Source: an uncultured Collinsella sp. (GTDB lineage Bacteria > Actinomycetota > Coriobacteriia > Coriobacteriales > Coriobacteriaceae). From it: DNA of 64,000 nucleotides. The stretch lies in NCBI GenBank assembly GCA_902465265.1, contig CABQMF010000001.1:5652-69651 (forward strand). Reading direction: 5' to 3'. Of this stretch, positions 35,022 through 44,099 are shown piece by piece. Numbering within the stretch: position 1 is the first letter of the stretch; each line of letters begins with the position of its first letter. A program made the translations under genes and the position numbers. The notes under the pieces were generated by a model. The model searched no databases, had not been told where the DNA came from, and was given only the letters and a program-made list of their open reading frames with translations.

Positions 35022-35065
35022 CTACCAAAAAGGGACAGGCACCTTCGTGGTGGTTCTGGCCGATG
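35022..35065 (+). repeat. R-family variant R6 (chimeric, no stem)
   Basis: CTACCAAAAAGGGACAGGCACCTTCGTGGTGGTTCTGG. The left arm is of the R2/R4 type and the right arm is of the R7 type. Confidence 0.7.
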
Positions 35066-35085
35066 CAGTGGTATGCTTTACTGTT

Positions 35086-35227
35086 TTATCTCGATCTGTA
35101 ACATCTGGACGGACAAAAGGTCACTATCTGTTACAGATTGAGACAAAGGTCTGGGACTAAGACGTCTTATCTAGATCTGTAACAGTTGGACGGGAATTCG
35201 GGCCCTAGATGTTACAGATTGAGATAA
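35086..35227. repeat. Two tandem 61-bp hairpin units (81-bp period)
   Basis: Units at 35086-35146 and 35167-35227. Arms ATCT(C/A)GATCTGTAACA / TGTTACAGATTGAGA(C/T) pair at 14/16. TGGACGG is conserved in the loop. Confidence 0.8.
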
Positions 35228-35242
35228 TCGCGTCGCGAAATT

Positions 35243-35281
35243 AAAAACCTCCGCAGGGGTGCTCCCCTTGCGGAGGTTTTC
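35243..35281 (-). terminator. Intrinsic terminator immediately after dxs
   Basis: The minus-strand transcript reads CCTCCGCAAGGGG-AGCA-CCCCTGCGGAGG followed by TTTTTAATTT. Confidence 0.8.
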
Positions 35282-37063
35282 TTACTCGTTGAGTAGCCTC
35301 ACGGCTTCGGCGGCCATGCTCTCGACCGTCATGCCGTTCTGGGCGAGCAGCTCGTTGGGGTCGTAGCGGTCGGGGAAGCCCTTGGCGATGCCAAAGGTGC
35401 GCGTGCGCACGGGCATGCAGGCCAGGTAGCACGCCACGCGCTCGCCCCAGCCGCCGTCCAAGATGCCGTCCTCGAGGGTGACGACAACGCGATGCTCGGC
35501 GGCAAGGCTGTCGAGGAACTTGCGGTCGAGCTCGGTTGCAAAGCGCGGGTTGACGAGCGTGGCCTCGATACCGTACTCGGCGGCCAAGCGGTTTGCCACA
35601 CGCTCGCCCAGCTCAAAGAAATCGCCAAGCGCGAGCACGGCAACGTCGCGGCCCTGACGCACCACGTTGTAGCGAACGGCGCTGTAGTCGGTGTCCTCGG
35701 CGGGCGCCAAATCGGGGCGGCTAACCAGGCCAATGCCCGGTACGCGAATCGCCACGGGATGCTCGCGATGGTCGAGCGACCAGCTCAGCATGGACAGATA
35801 TTCCTCCATGCAGGCCGGCGCTAGGTAGCGCATATTGGGAAGGGCGCCCAGCATGGAAATATCAAAGAACGAGAGATGCGTCTCGGACGTAGTGCCAAAG
35901 ATTGATGCGCCAAACACCAGGATCGTCGCCGGGGCATCGTTGAGACACAGGTCGTGCCACAGCTCGTCGTAGGCACGCTGCAAAAACGTACCGTACACGC
36001 CAAAGACCGGCTTGGCGCCCGAGCGTGCAAGCGCGGTGGCAAAAGTGACGGCGTGCTCTTCGGCAATGCCCACATCGACGAACTGTTTGCCGGCGGCAGC
36101 GCGAAGCTCGGGTGTAAAGCCCATGATGTAGGGCGTGGCGGCCGTGATGCCCACGACCTGCGGATCGCGCTCGATGGCGGCGCTGAGCGCCTCGCCCGTA
36201 ATGTCGGCATAGGTGCGCGGCGCAGGCTCGCTTGGATGGCCCGGGCAGAGCTTGCGCCCAGTCGCCATGTCAAACGGACCAACGTGATGCCAGCGCTCGG
36301 GGTCGCTCTGGGCCGGCTCAAAGCCCTTGCCCTTGGCGGTGGAGACGTGCAGCACGATGGGATGATCGATATTGCGCAGTCCCTGCAGCGCGTCGACCAG
36401 GGCCAACACATCGTTACCGGCGTCCAGATAGCGGTAATCGAGCCCCATCGCGCGGAAAACGTTGCGTTCACAGGTGCCGTTGCTGGCGCGCAGCTCGGCC
36501 AGATTGCGATACAGGCCACCGTGGTTTTCGGCGATGGACTGGTCGTTGTCATTGACGACGATGATCAGGTTGCTGTCGAGCTCGGCGGCATTGTTAAAGC
36601 CCTCAAACGCCAGGCCGCCCGAAAGCGAGCCGTCGCCAATGATGGTGATGACGTTATACGTATCGCCCGCCAGGTCACGAGCGTGCGCCAGGCCGCAGCC
36701 CAGGCTCACCGAGGTCGAGGTGTGACCCATGGCGAACAAGTCGTGCTCGGACTCGTTGGGATTGGCAAAGCCAGAAGCCTCACCATAACGCTCCGGATCG
36801 ATATAGGTGTACGCGCGTCCGGTCAGCGCCTTGTGGGCGTAGGTCTGGTGCGAAACGTCAAAGACAATCTTGTCGATGGGGGAGTTGAACACGCGATGAA
36901 GCGCAACCGTAAGCTCAACGACGCCCAAGTTGGGGGCAACGTGCCCGCCGACGGCGGCGGAGCTCTCGAGGATTGCCTGGCGGATCTCGCCGCAGAGCAG
37001 CGGAAGCTCGGCGCGGTCGAGAGCCTTGACGTCCTCGGGCGTTGTCGTTTGCGTAAGCAGCAT
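35282..37063 (-). CDS. dxs: 1-deoxy-D-xylulose-5-phosphate synthase (or a close Dxs-like transketolase-family enzyme)
   Basis: The N-terminal block PLLCGEIRQAILESSAAVGGHVAPNLGVVELTVALHRVFNSPIDKIVFDVSHQTYAHKALTGR matches the Dxs signature region. A TPP motif GDGSLSGG is present. At 593 aa it is slightly short. Confidence 0.8.
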   Translation of the reverse strand: MLLTQTTTPEDVKALDRAELPLLCGEIRQAILESSAAVGGHVAPNLGVVELTVALHRVFNSPIDKIVFDVSHQTYAHKALTGRAYTYIDPERYGEASGFANPNESEHDLFAMGHTSTSVSLGCGLAHARDLAGDTYNVITIIGDGSLSGGLAFEGFNNAAELDSNLIIVVNDNDQSIAENHGGLYRNLAELRASNGTCERNVFRAMGLDYRYLDAGNDVLALVDALQGLRNIDHPIVLHVSTAKGKGFEPAQSDPERWHHVGPFDMATGRKLCPGHPSEPAPRTYADITGEALSAAIERDPQVVGITAATPYIMGFTPELRAAAGKQFVDVGIAEEHAVTFATALARSGAKPVFGVYGTFLQRAYDELWHDLCLNDAPATILVFGASIFGTTSETHLSFFDISMLGALPNMRYLAPACMEEYLSMLSWSLDHREHPVAIRVPGIGLVSRPDLAPAEDTDYSAVRYNVVRQGRDVAVLALGDFFELGERVANRLAAEYGIEATLVNPRFATELDRKFLDSLAAEHRVVVTLEDGILDGGWGERVACYLACMPVRTRTFGIAKGFPDRYDPNELLAQNGMTVESMAAEAVRLLNE

Positions 37064-37291
37064 CGTTGTGGGTTACTCCATGCGAATCGAGCACCGGCGC
37101 TCCCTCGGCCGGCACAATTGCACAAAACAGTCTCGCACATTTTGGCGTTTGATATGTGACGGCGGCGCGGTAATTCGCCAACTGGTGGGGCAAAACGTTT
37201 TGTCCGATGCCATACTGATGTGTTCCATGATGTTTTTATCGATTGTGCACAGGCCGTGGCTTGTCGCCGTGAGTCGCTGGAAGGAGGCAGC

Positions 37292-37828
37292 ATGTCCGAT
37301 GTCGTTCGTGCCGAGAAAATCGCGTGCGAAGTGGACCATGCTGCCCGTCAACTGGCACAGGCGGGTCGTCTGGACCTGACGCGCGAGTTTATCCAGCATG
37401 GCGATGTGACGGTGTATACGCATGTGACCTCAGTGGCGCGGGCAAGTCTGTCCTTTGCCGAGCGCCTGGGCCGCGTCGGTATCTCCGTCGACCGCGGCTC
37501 GCTGCTGCGCGGGGCCCTGCTGCACGATTACTTTCTCTACGATTGGCACGACCCCGACCCGAGCCATCGACTGCATGGCTTTCGCCACCCGTTTTTTGCC
37601 CTGGCGCGTGCGGAGGAAGATTTTGAGCTGACGCCGCGCGAGCGGAATATTATCGCGCGCCATATGTTTCCGCTGGTACCGGTGCCGCCGACGTGTCGTG
37701 AGGCTTGGATTGTGTGTCTGGCGGATAAATGGTGCGCGCTGCATGAGACGGTCGCCGGCCGTCTGCGGCGCAAGGACGAGGCAGACGATGGCGTGAGCAG
37801 CGAATCGAGCGAGAAGAGGAGGGGGTAG
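37292..37828 (+). CDS. HD-domain phosphohydrolase
   Basis: HD motif in GALLHDYFLYDWH. SD GGAAGGAGG lies before ATG 37292. Confidence 0.65.
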   Translation: MSDVVRAEKIACEVDHAARQLAQAGRLDLTREFIQHGDVTVYTHVTSVARASLSFAERLGRVGISVDRGSLLRGALLHDYFLYDWHDPDPSHRLHGFRHPFFALARAEEDFELTPRERNIIARHMFPLVPVPPTCREAWIVCLADKWCALHETVAGRLRRKDEADDGVSSESSEKRRG

Positions 37829-37831
37829 ACG

Positions 37832-38851
37832 GTGGGGACCGCGATCGACATGGCATTTGGCGGCGCGACGCTTGCCACCTGCCCACTCTCGGCACTGGTG
37901 CTCTCGTTTGCCTTTTACGGGTTTTGCGGCTGGGCATGGGAATCGACAGTCTGCGCCATGCTCAATCACGGACGATTTGCCAACAGTGGCTTTTTGTTGG
38001 GGCCGTGCTGCCCTATCTATGGCGCGGGCGGCATTGCCTGCTGGCTGCTGTTGCGCGGGATTCCGGATGCCTCGAGCCAGTTTGTCGCTGCAGCGCTTGT
38101 ATGCAGCGTGATTGAGTACAGCGTAGGCATGCTGCTGGAAAAAACAACGGGCGCGCGCTTTTGGGACTATTCGCACCTGCCGTTTAACCTGCACGGACGC
38201 ATCTGTCTGTACTGGGCCTGCGCGTTTGGCCTGGGTGCGCTGTGCATTTGTCGTTTAGTGGAGCCGGCATTGCTGGGGCTGCTTGGCCATCTGCCGGTGC
38301 TGATTGTGCGGCTGTCCGCCTTTATCGTCGCGGTCGCGATGATGGTCGACGCGGTGTGCTCGTTGGCGAGCTGGCGCCGCCTGTCAGATCAGCTGGAGTG
38401 TGTGCGCGCCGACCTTGCCGACCGCATCAACGAGTCGCTTGCCGATGCCTCGGACTCAATGCTCGAACGTATTCCTGATTCGGCGATCGACTCGGTGACA
38501 CAGACGCATATCCGCAGTCGTGCCGTTAACGCGTGGCTGGCCGAGCTGGGCGACGCGACGCTCGATGCCCTTCGTGAGAAGGCTTCGATGCCGACGTTTA
38601 TCGCGGATGGTGCTCGCGGCCTTGCGCTCGCTGCCCGCCGCGTGGCCGATGCCGCGCCGAGCATGCCTCGTCCGTCGCTCGGTCGCCGCCTTGCCGGCAA
38701 GCGCATGAGCCGTCCGGTGCCGAGCGTGTCACTCAGCCGTCGCGACCTACGCTTCTTTAACGCCTTCCCGCGCCTGCGCATCAATCGCTACGAAGGTGTC
38801 ATTCGAGCAACTAATCTCCGCGACCGAGCTCGCGAGCTGTTCCGGCGCTAG
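37832..38851 (+). CDS. Polytopic membrane protein of the 'putative ABC-transporter type IV' (CmpB-like) family with a C-terminal soluble extension
   Basis: FYGFCGWAWESTVCAMLNHGRFANSGFLLGPCCPIYGAGG matches the conserved N-terminal block of that family. Non-ATG start 4 nt after the HD gene stop. Confidence 0.6.
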   Translation: MGTAIDMAFGGATLATCPLSALVLSFAFYGFCGWAWESTVCAMLNHGRFANSGFLLGPCCPIYGAGGIACWLLLRGIPDASSQFVAAALVCSVIEYSVGMLLEKTTGARFWDYSHLPFNLHGRICLYWACAFGLGALCICRLVEPALLGLLGHLPVLIVRLSAFIVAVAMMVDAVCSLASWRRLSDQLECVRADLADRINESLADASDSMLERIPDSAIDSVTQTHIRSRAVNAWLAELGDATLDALREKASMPTFIADGARGLALAARRVADAAPSMPRPSLGRRLAGKRMSRPVPSVSLSRRDLRFFNAFPRLRINRYEGVIRATNLRDRARELFRR

Positions 38852-38898
38852 CCAGAGCGGGGCCAAACGCGCCCTTCTCGCTCGCGTATTTCCCGTTC

Positions 38899-38967
38899 GT
38901 TTCGCGCCCGTTGCCGCGCCGTTTCCAAGATTGCGGCACCGTTTCCATTCGACAACGCAGCGTTTAA
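38899..38967. promoter_or_regulatory. Four phased CGTTTC/CGTTTA direct repeats upstream of amtB
   Basis: GTTTCG at 38899, GTTTCC at 38921, GTTTCC at 38941 and GTTTAA at 38962, spaced 20-22 bp. GCGGCAC sits adjacent at 38933. Confidence 0.35.
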
Positions 38968-39049
38968 CAACGCCGTATCTGGTCTACACCAGTTGCTCCT
39001 CGGCCACATTATGGGCGCTGACAACGTTCATGCGACCAAGGGGGAGCGA

Positions 39050-40327
39050 ATGTACGATACGGGATCGACAACGTTTATGCTCGTCTGCACCATGCTCGTG
39101 TTTTTAATGACACCGGGTCTGGCGTTTTTCTATGGCGGCCTGTCCAGGCGCAAAAATGTCATCAACACCATGCTTATGTGCTTTGGCGCCATTGGCCTGG
39201 TCGGTGTGTTGTGGATTGTTGCCGGCTGGTCGCTGGCCTACGGCGGCGACGGCTCCAGCCCGTTTATTGGAGGCCTTGACCAGCTGCTGTGCCTGCCGGT
39301 GCTCAACCAGGTGCTGCAGGCGGCCGAGGGCAATGCTGCGGACGGTGCCGTCTACCCTCAGATCATCAACATCGCCTTCCAGATGGCGTTTGCCATGATC
39401 ACGGCCGCTATCGTCACGGGCAGCCTGGCCGGCCGCGTTAAGTTTGGTGCCATGATGGCTTTCCTGGGCATTTGGCTGCTCGTGGTCTATGCGCCGCTTG
39501 CCCACATGGTTTGGGGCGGCGAGGGCTCCTTCATCGGCGACATCATCGGCGCGCTCGACTTTGCGGGCGGCGACGTAGTGCACATTTCGTCCGGTCTTAC
39601 GGGCCTGATTCTCTGCTTAATGCTCGGCCGTCGTCGCGGCTTTGGCATGGTGAGCTATCGCCCGCATAACGTGCCGTTTGTGGCGCTGGGCGCCGGGCTG
39701 CTTTGGTTTGGCTGGTTTGGCTTTAACGGCGGCAGCGAGTTTAAGGCCGACGCCGTGGCGGCGCTCGCCATCCTCAACACCGTGACGGCCAGCGCGGCGG
39801 GTATGGTCTCGTGGCTTGCCGTCGAGCGCGTGCACACCGGTCGCCCCACGCTGGTGGGTGCCAGCACCGGTCTGGTTGCGGGGCTTGTGGTGGTCACGCC
39901 GGGTGCGGGCTTTGTCGAGCCATGGGCGGCGCTGGTCATGGGCCTGATCGTGTCTCCCGTCTGCTACTTGGCCATTAGCCATCTCAAGACCAAGTTCGGT
40001 TACGACGATGCGCTCGACGCGTTCGGTTGCCACGGTATCGGCGGCATCTTGGGCGGCGTGCTCACGGGCCTGTTCTGTGTGCCGGAGCTTTCGTGGACCG
40101 GTAAAGGCGGCCTGTTCTACACGGGCGATGTGTCGCTGCTCGTCTCGCAGATTTTGGGCATTGTGGTTACGGTCGTTATTGTGCTGGTGCTCGATTTGGT
40201 GATCGCCGCGGTGGTCAAGGCGCTGTTCCACGGCAGCCTGCGCGTTGACGAGGCCGACGAGGCGCTGGGCCTGGATGCGAGCCAGCACGGCGAGAGCGCA
40301 TACCCCTCCTTCTCGGGACTCGATTAG
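39050..40327 (+). CDS. amtB: Ammonium transporter
   Basis: Contains FAGGDVVHISSG and WFGWFGFNGGS signature blocks. Start at ATG 39050 after the SD GGGGGAG. Confidence 0.9.
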   Translation: MYDTGSTTFMLVCTMLVFLMTPGLAFFYGGLSRRKNVINTMLMCFGAIGLVGVLWIVAGWSLAYGGDGSSPFIGGLDQLLCLPVLNQVLQAAEGNAADGAVYPQIINIAFQMAFAMITAAIVTGSLAGRVKFGAMMAFLGIWLLVVYAPLAHMVWGGEGSFIGDIIGALDFAGGDVVHISSGLTGLILCLMLGRRRGFGMVSYRPHNVPFVALGAGLLWFGWFGFNGGSEFKADAVAALAILNTVTASAAGMVSWLAVERVHTGRPTLVGASTGLVAGLVVVTPGAGFVEPWAALVMGLIVSPVCYLAISHLKTKFGYDDALDAFGCHGIGGILGGVLTGLFCVPELSWTGKGGLFYTGDVSLLVSQILGIVVTVVIVLVLDLVIAAVVKALFHGSLRVDEADEALGLDASQHGESAYPSFSGLD

Positions 40328-40384
40328 CAGCTTCCCCAAGCACCGCACCTCGGCCTTCAATCGTCGTTTGCGTACCTTAAGTAC

Positions 40385-40496
40385 GCGGCACTCCTCTTTC
40401 AGGCCGATCTGCGGCACTTGGGAAACCTGCTAAGACCTGTTAGTTGCACTTATCTGATCTACAAGGTTGGTCTGTGGCACCTGGAAAACCCGTGCC
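40385..40496 (+). promoter_or_regulatory. Repeated GCGGCAC..GGAAAC motifs in the unusually long amtB-glnB spacer
   Basis: GATCTGCGGCACTTGGGAAACCTGC (40406-40430) and GGTCTGTGGCACCTGGAAAACCCGTGC (40468-40494) form a direct repeat. A third GCGGCAC lies at 40385. Confidence 0.35.
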
Positions 40497-40541
40497 ATGT
40501 GAGGGACAATTCATTTCTTTTTTTGAAGAGAGGAATTCACT

Positions 40542-40880
40542 ATGAAGAAGATTACGGCGATCGTTCGTGCCGAGAAGCTTGAGGTTCTTAAAGACGCGCT
40601 GTTTGCTGCTGATGTTCGCGGTATGACTATCAACCAGGTGCAGGGCTGCGGCGCGCAGCATGGCTGGAAGGAATACGTGCGCGGCAACGAGTTGCTTGTC
40701 AACACGATCCCTAAGGTGCAGTTCACGCTCATTTGTGCCGATGAGCATGTCGATGGCATTGTCGAGATTATCTGCAACGCTGCTCGCACCGGTGCCGTTG
40801 GAGACGGCAAGATTTGGGTCGAGCCGGTCGAAGAAGTCATCCGCATACGCACCGGCGAACACGGCCCCGCCGCGGTGTAG
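40542..40880 (+). CDS. glnB: P-II nitrogen regulatory protein
   Basis: 112 aa; MKKITAIVRAEKLEVLKDAL.. and the C-terminal GDGKIWV motif. Lies downstream of amtB. Confidence 0.9.
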   Translation: MKKITAIVRAEKLEVLKDALFAADVRGMTINQVQGCGAQHGWKEYVRGNELLVNTIPKVQFTLICADEHVDGIVEIICNAARTGAVGDGKIWVEPVEEVIRIRTGEHGPAAV

Positions 40881-40954
40881 GGCCGACCGACTGTCATCTG
40901 CAACGTTAAAATACTGCAGTGAGGCATAAGGCTTGTGTTGCGGATGGACGGATT

Positions 40955-41617
40955 ATGGGTCGCAATAAATATCCCGAGGAGACGGTCGCGAAGATTCTCG
41001 ACGCGGCACTGGAGCTATTCTGTGCACAGGGTTATGAGGGGACGAGCATTCAAGATATCGTTGACCGTCTCGACGGCATGACCAAGGGCGCTGTCTATCA
41101 TCACTTCAAGAGCAAAGAAGAGATTTTCAACGCCGCGTTTGATCGGGCGATGACTCCGATTGTTGAGCACCGTCGCTCGACGCTTGGCGTCGGTAATATG
41201 ACCGGCGCCCAAAAGCTAAAAAGGCTTTACGCTCCCGAGTCCGTTGTTCCGCAAATTGAGCTATGGGCACGTATGCGTCCTGCAGCAGATCCGGTAAAAA
41301 GCTCGCGTCTACTGGCGATGCAGTACCAGGGCTCATTTGACGAGTCGGCCGATGGCTATCTCTTGCCGGTGATCGAGGAGGGCATCGCCGACGGATCCAT
41401 TGCGTGCGAATGCCCGCGCGAAGCGGCAGAGGCCGTATCGTTGCTGGCGAATCTCTGGTTGCTGCCACTGTTTCGTCCGCTTGAGCCCAAGGATCGAATG
41501 CTCGCTCGCGCTCAATGTTTGGCGCAGATGGCTGCCGCGGTGGGACTCGATTTGGGTGATGAAGTGCTTCAGACAACGGCGCAGATTTGGGACGTATGGG
41601 ACCGCGCCGGGTGGTAA
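40955..41617 (+). CDS. TetR/AcrR family transcriptional regulator
   Basis: HTH block ILDAALELFCAQGYEGTSIQDIVDRLDGMTKGAVYHHFKSKEEIF. Confidence 0.85.
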   Translation: MGRNKYPEETVAKILDAALELFCAQGYEGTSIQDIVDRLDGMTKGAVYHHFKSKEEIFNAAFDRAMTPIVEHRRSTLGVGNMTGAQKLKRLYAPESVVPQIELWARMRPAADPVKSSRLLAMQYQGSFDESADGYLLPVIEEGIADGSIACECPREAAEAVSLLANLWLLPLFRPLEPKDRMLARAQCLAQMAAAVGLDLGDEVLQTTAQIWDVWDRAGW

Positions 41618-41717
41618 TATAGATACCAACGGTATGTAATTGATTTGTGAGGGTAGCCACGGCTGCCCTTTTCAAGTCATTAAATACATACTAGCGGTAT
41701 GTATAGGGGGCGGACTT

Positions 41718-42980
41718 ATGGCTGGTCTGAGAGGCGTCAGTGCCTCGTTGGAATCAAAAACAGTGTGGTCAATTAGACTCACGGAGCTTCTGGTTGCACA
41801 GCTGTGTGCGTATTCGATGCTGTCGGCACTGTGCTTTGCGTGTCCGCTCTACTTGTTCGATTGCAGCGGCTCGGCAACGTTATATGGCACCGTCGCGGCG
41901 ATAGCGTTCGTGCCGGGCGTGCTTGCGACTCCGGCTGGCGGAATCTTGGCGGATAGGGGAAGACATCGCGAGGTCCTCGTGGCCCTCGGCATTGCTCTGA
42001 TGACTGCATCGCTGCTGTCTATCCCCATGAAGCGCTCGTTGCCTCTTGCGGTCGTCGTAGTAGCGATACTTTGTGTTCAATATGGTGTTCAATCGCTGCT
42101 GAAGCCAATGCTCCAAATTGAGACGGTGCGCATGGCGGGTGAAGAGAAGGTTGAGCGGGCCACTGCATTGGTTTCGCAGATGACCATGGTGAGCAATATC
42201 TTGGGCCCTGTGGTCGGGACGGCCGTCTATGGGTGCTTTGGCATCGATACTCTTTGCACAACCGCGTCGGTGGCGTTTGCGATTTCAGCTCTCTTGTTTG
42301 GGAGCGCGCTCAAGCAAAATGCCTCATCTGAAACGATGGGAGACGGCGCGACTCGTACGACATGCCGAAACGATTTTCGGGAGTCGATTCGGTATCTGTT
42401 GAAAAATGCATCATTGGCCGCTGTGATTTTGCTTGCGGCCGTTTTGAACCTTGCGTTGGTTGGGCTAACGATTGGCGCTCCCATCATTGTTACAAAGCAT
42501 CTCGGCATGCAATCGTCCTGCGTTGGGATAGTTGAGGTTGCTATGGGCTTGGGTGGTCTTGCCGGCAGTGGCTTGGTCGGCATTTGGCCGCATCGCTTTT
42601 CTTTCAATGGCATATGTCGATATGTTGCGATGATCTGTTTTGGAGTCGTACCGATTATTGTCACGCTACTGAGCGGTCCTGATGAATTTGCGTTTGCCGC
42701 GCTTGCGGCCGGCTCGGCATGGGTCATGGCGTGGGCAAGCATTGCATCGGTCGAAATCGTTTCATTTGTTCAGCGGTCAGCGCCAAAGGAACTCTGCGGA
42801 AAAGTGCTGGCACTCGTTTATATGATGCTTTCCTGTGCAACGCCTATTGGCCAATTGGTTTACGGGCTCGCATATGATCGATGGACACCGGCGATTGTAT
42901 TCGCAGGCATGTTGGCGGTGCTGACGTTGACGACGGCGCTGTTTTATCGGCTGAAAAATCGCTTGTGGCGATTGCCTTAA
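41718..42980 (+). CDS. MFS transporter
   Basis: About 12 predicted TM segments and a GGILADRGRHR loop motif. The start is uncertain: the ORF opens at 41640 and ATG 41718 was chosen. Confidence 0.75.
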   Translation: MAGLRGVSASLESKTVWSIRLTELLVAQLCAYSMLSALCFACPLYLFDCSGSATLYGTVAAIAFVPGVLATPAGGILADRGRHREVLVALGIALMTASLLSIPMKRSLPLAVVVVAILCVQYGVQSLLKPMLQIETVRMAGEEKVERATALVSQMTMVSNILGPVVGTAVYGCFGIDTLCTTASVAFAISALLFGSALKQNASSETMGDGATRTTCRNDFRESIRYLLKNASLAAVILLAAVLNLALVGLTIGAPIIVTKHLGMQSSCVGIVEVAMGLGGLAGSGLVGIWPHRFSFNGICRYVAMICFGVVPIIVTLLSGPDEFAFAALAAGSAWVMAWASIASVEIVSFVQRSAPKELCGKVLALVYMMLSCATPIGQLVYGLAYDRWTPAIVFAGMLAVLTLTTALFYRLKNRLWRLP

Positions 42981-43094
42981 CGCGCTGGGGCACCGTGGAT
43001 TTGCGGAAGCATTGTCCCGCCGCGCAGGGACGCCATTGTTTGGGCGCGCCCGTTCTCGTCTACAATATCGTGCAGACGAAGGAGAGGCGCGCCC

Positions 43095-43952
43095 ATGATC
43101 AAGATGTTTGCGAGTGACTTAGACGGAACGCTGCTGAACGCCCTACACGAGGCGGATGGGACCATCCGCCGTGCCATTCGCGAGCTGACCGAGGCTGGCT
43201 TGCATGTGGTTCCCGCGACCGGACGCTCGACGCTGCCGATTGGCGAGCATGGTTTTACGGACCTGGCGCTTGACGCCTGCTGCTCCAATGGGTCCATCGT
43301 GCGCGACAGCCATGGCGAGGTGCTCAAGACCTGGACCATCGACCCACAGGTCACCGAGGAGCTGCTCAAGGCGTTCCCGGACATTTGCTTTGATTGCTCC
43401 ACGCCCGATGGCATGTTCTCGAGTGGGTCGTTCGAGATGCACCAGGCGGGCTTTAAAAAGGACAGCCCCATCAAGCGTATTGTGATGCGCGGCATGCGTG
43501 CGCGCGGCGGGTATCACGAGGAACAGTATTTCGACCAGTCGATCGGCGACATCCTGCGCCACGATGTGTGCAAGATCAACTGCCGCGTGACCTCGCCCGA
43601 GCTGGAGCGCGACCTTAAGGCGTATTTGGCCGAGCGCTCGGACCGCGTGGTCAACGCGCCGTTCGATCCGGTGATGTTCGAGATCACGGACGTGGCGTGC
43701 AACAAGGGCGAGAGCGTGGCCTGGCTGGCGGGCTACTACGGTATTGCCGAGGACGAGGTCGCGGTCTACGGCGACGGCGGCAACGATATCGCCATGCTCA
43801 AGCGTTTCCGCCACAGCTGCGCGACCAAAAACGCAAGCGATGCAGCCAAGGCCGCCGCGAGCGCGACCATCGGCAGCTGCATGGTCCACGCCGTCCCCAA
43901 ACACATGCTCGCCACCATGCGCAAGCAGAATTCCCGCACCGTCATCGAATAA
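43095..43952 (+). CDS. Cof-type HAD-IIB phosphatase
   Basis: MFASDLDGTLL (DxDGT), a cap region and a C-terminal GDGGNDIAML motif. Confidence 0.85.
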   Translation: MIKMFASDLDGTLLNALHEADGTIRRAIRELTEAGLHVVPATGRSTLPIGEHGFTDLALDACCSNGSIVRDSHGEVLKTWTIDPQVTEELLKAFPDICFDCSTPDGMFSSGSFEMHQAGFKKDSPIKRIVMRGMRARGGYHEEQYFDQSIGDILRHDVCKINCRVTSPELERDLKAYLAERSDRVVNAPFDPVMFEITDVACNKGESVAWLAGYYGIAEDEVAVYGDGGNDIAMLKRFRHSCATKNASDAAKAAASATIGSCMVHAVPKHMLATMRKQNSRTVIE

Positions 43953-43998
43953 TGTGACAAAAGAACTGCCCCTTTGGCACGGGGCCTGTGTTCTTGGA

Positions 43999-44041
43999 AT
44001 ACGAACATATATTCGTATATATAACTAGGCTCTGGTAGAAT
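43999..44041 (+). promoter_or_regulatory. Candidate promoter with an inverted repeat upstream of the small ORF
   Basis: ATACGAA-N6-TTCGTAT inverted repeat (43999-44018) followed by an extended -10 TGGTAGAAT (44033-44041). Confidence 0.35.
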
Positions 44042-44099
44042 CGGTATTGTTGACGGCAGTTCCATGTGCCGGGCAGCGCCCTCCATCTGATGGGAGGTG

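Noticed and set aside
40475-40496. Sigma-54 promoter (TGGCAC)
   Set aside because: The -12 element TTGC(A/T) is missing at the required 5-nt spacing (the sequence is TGGCAC-CTGGA-AAAC). I therefore list it only as a repeat motif.
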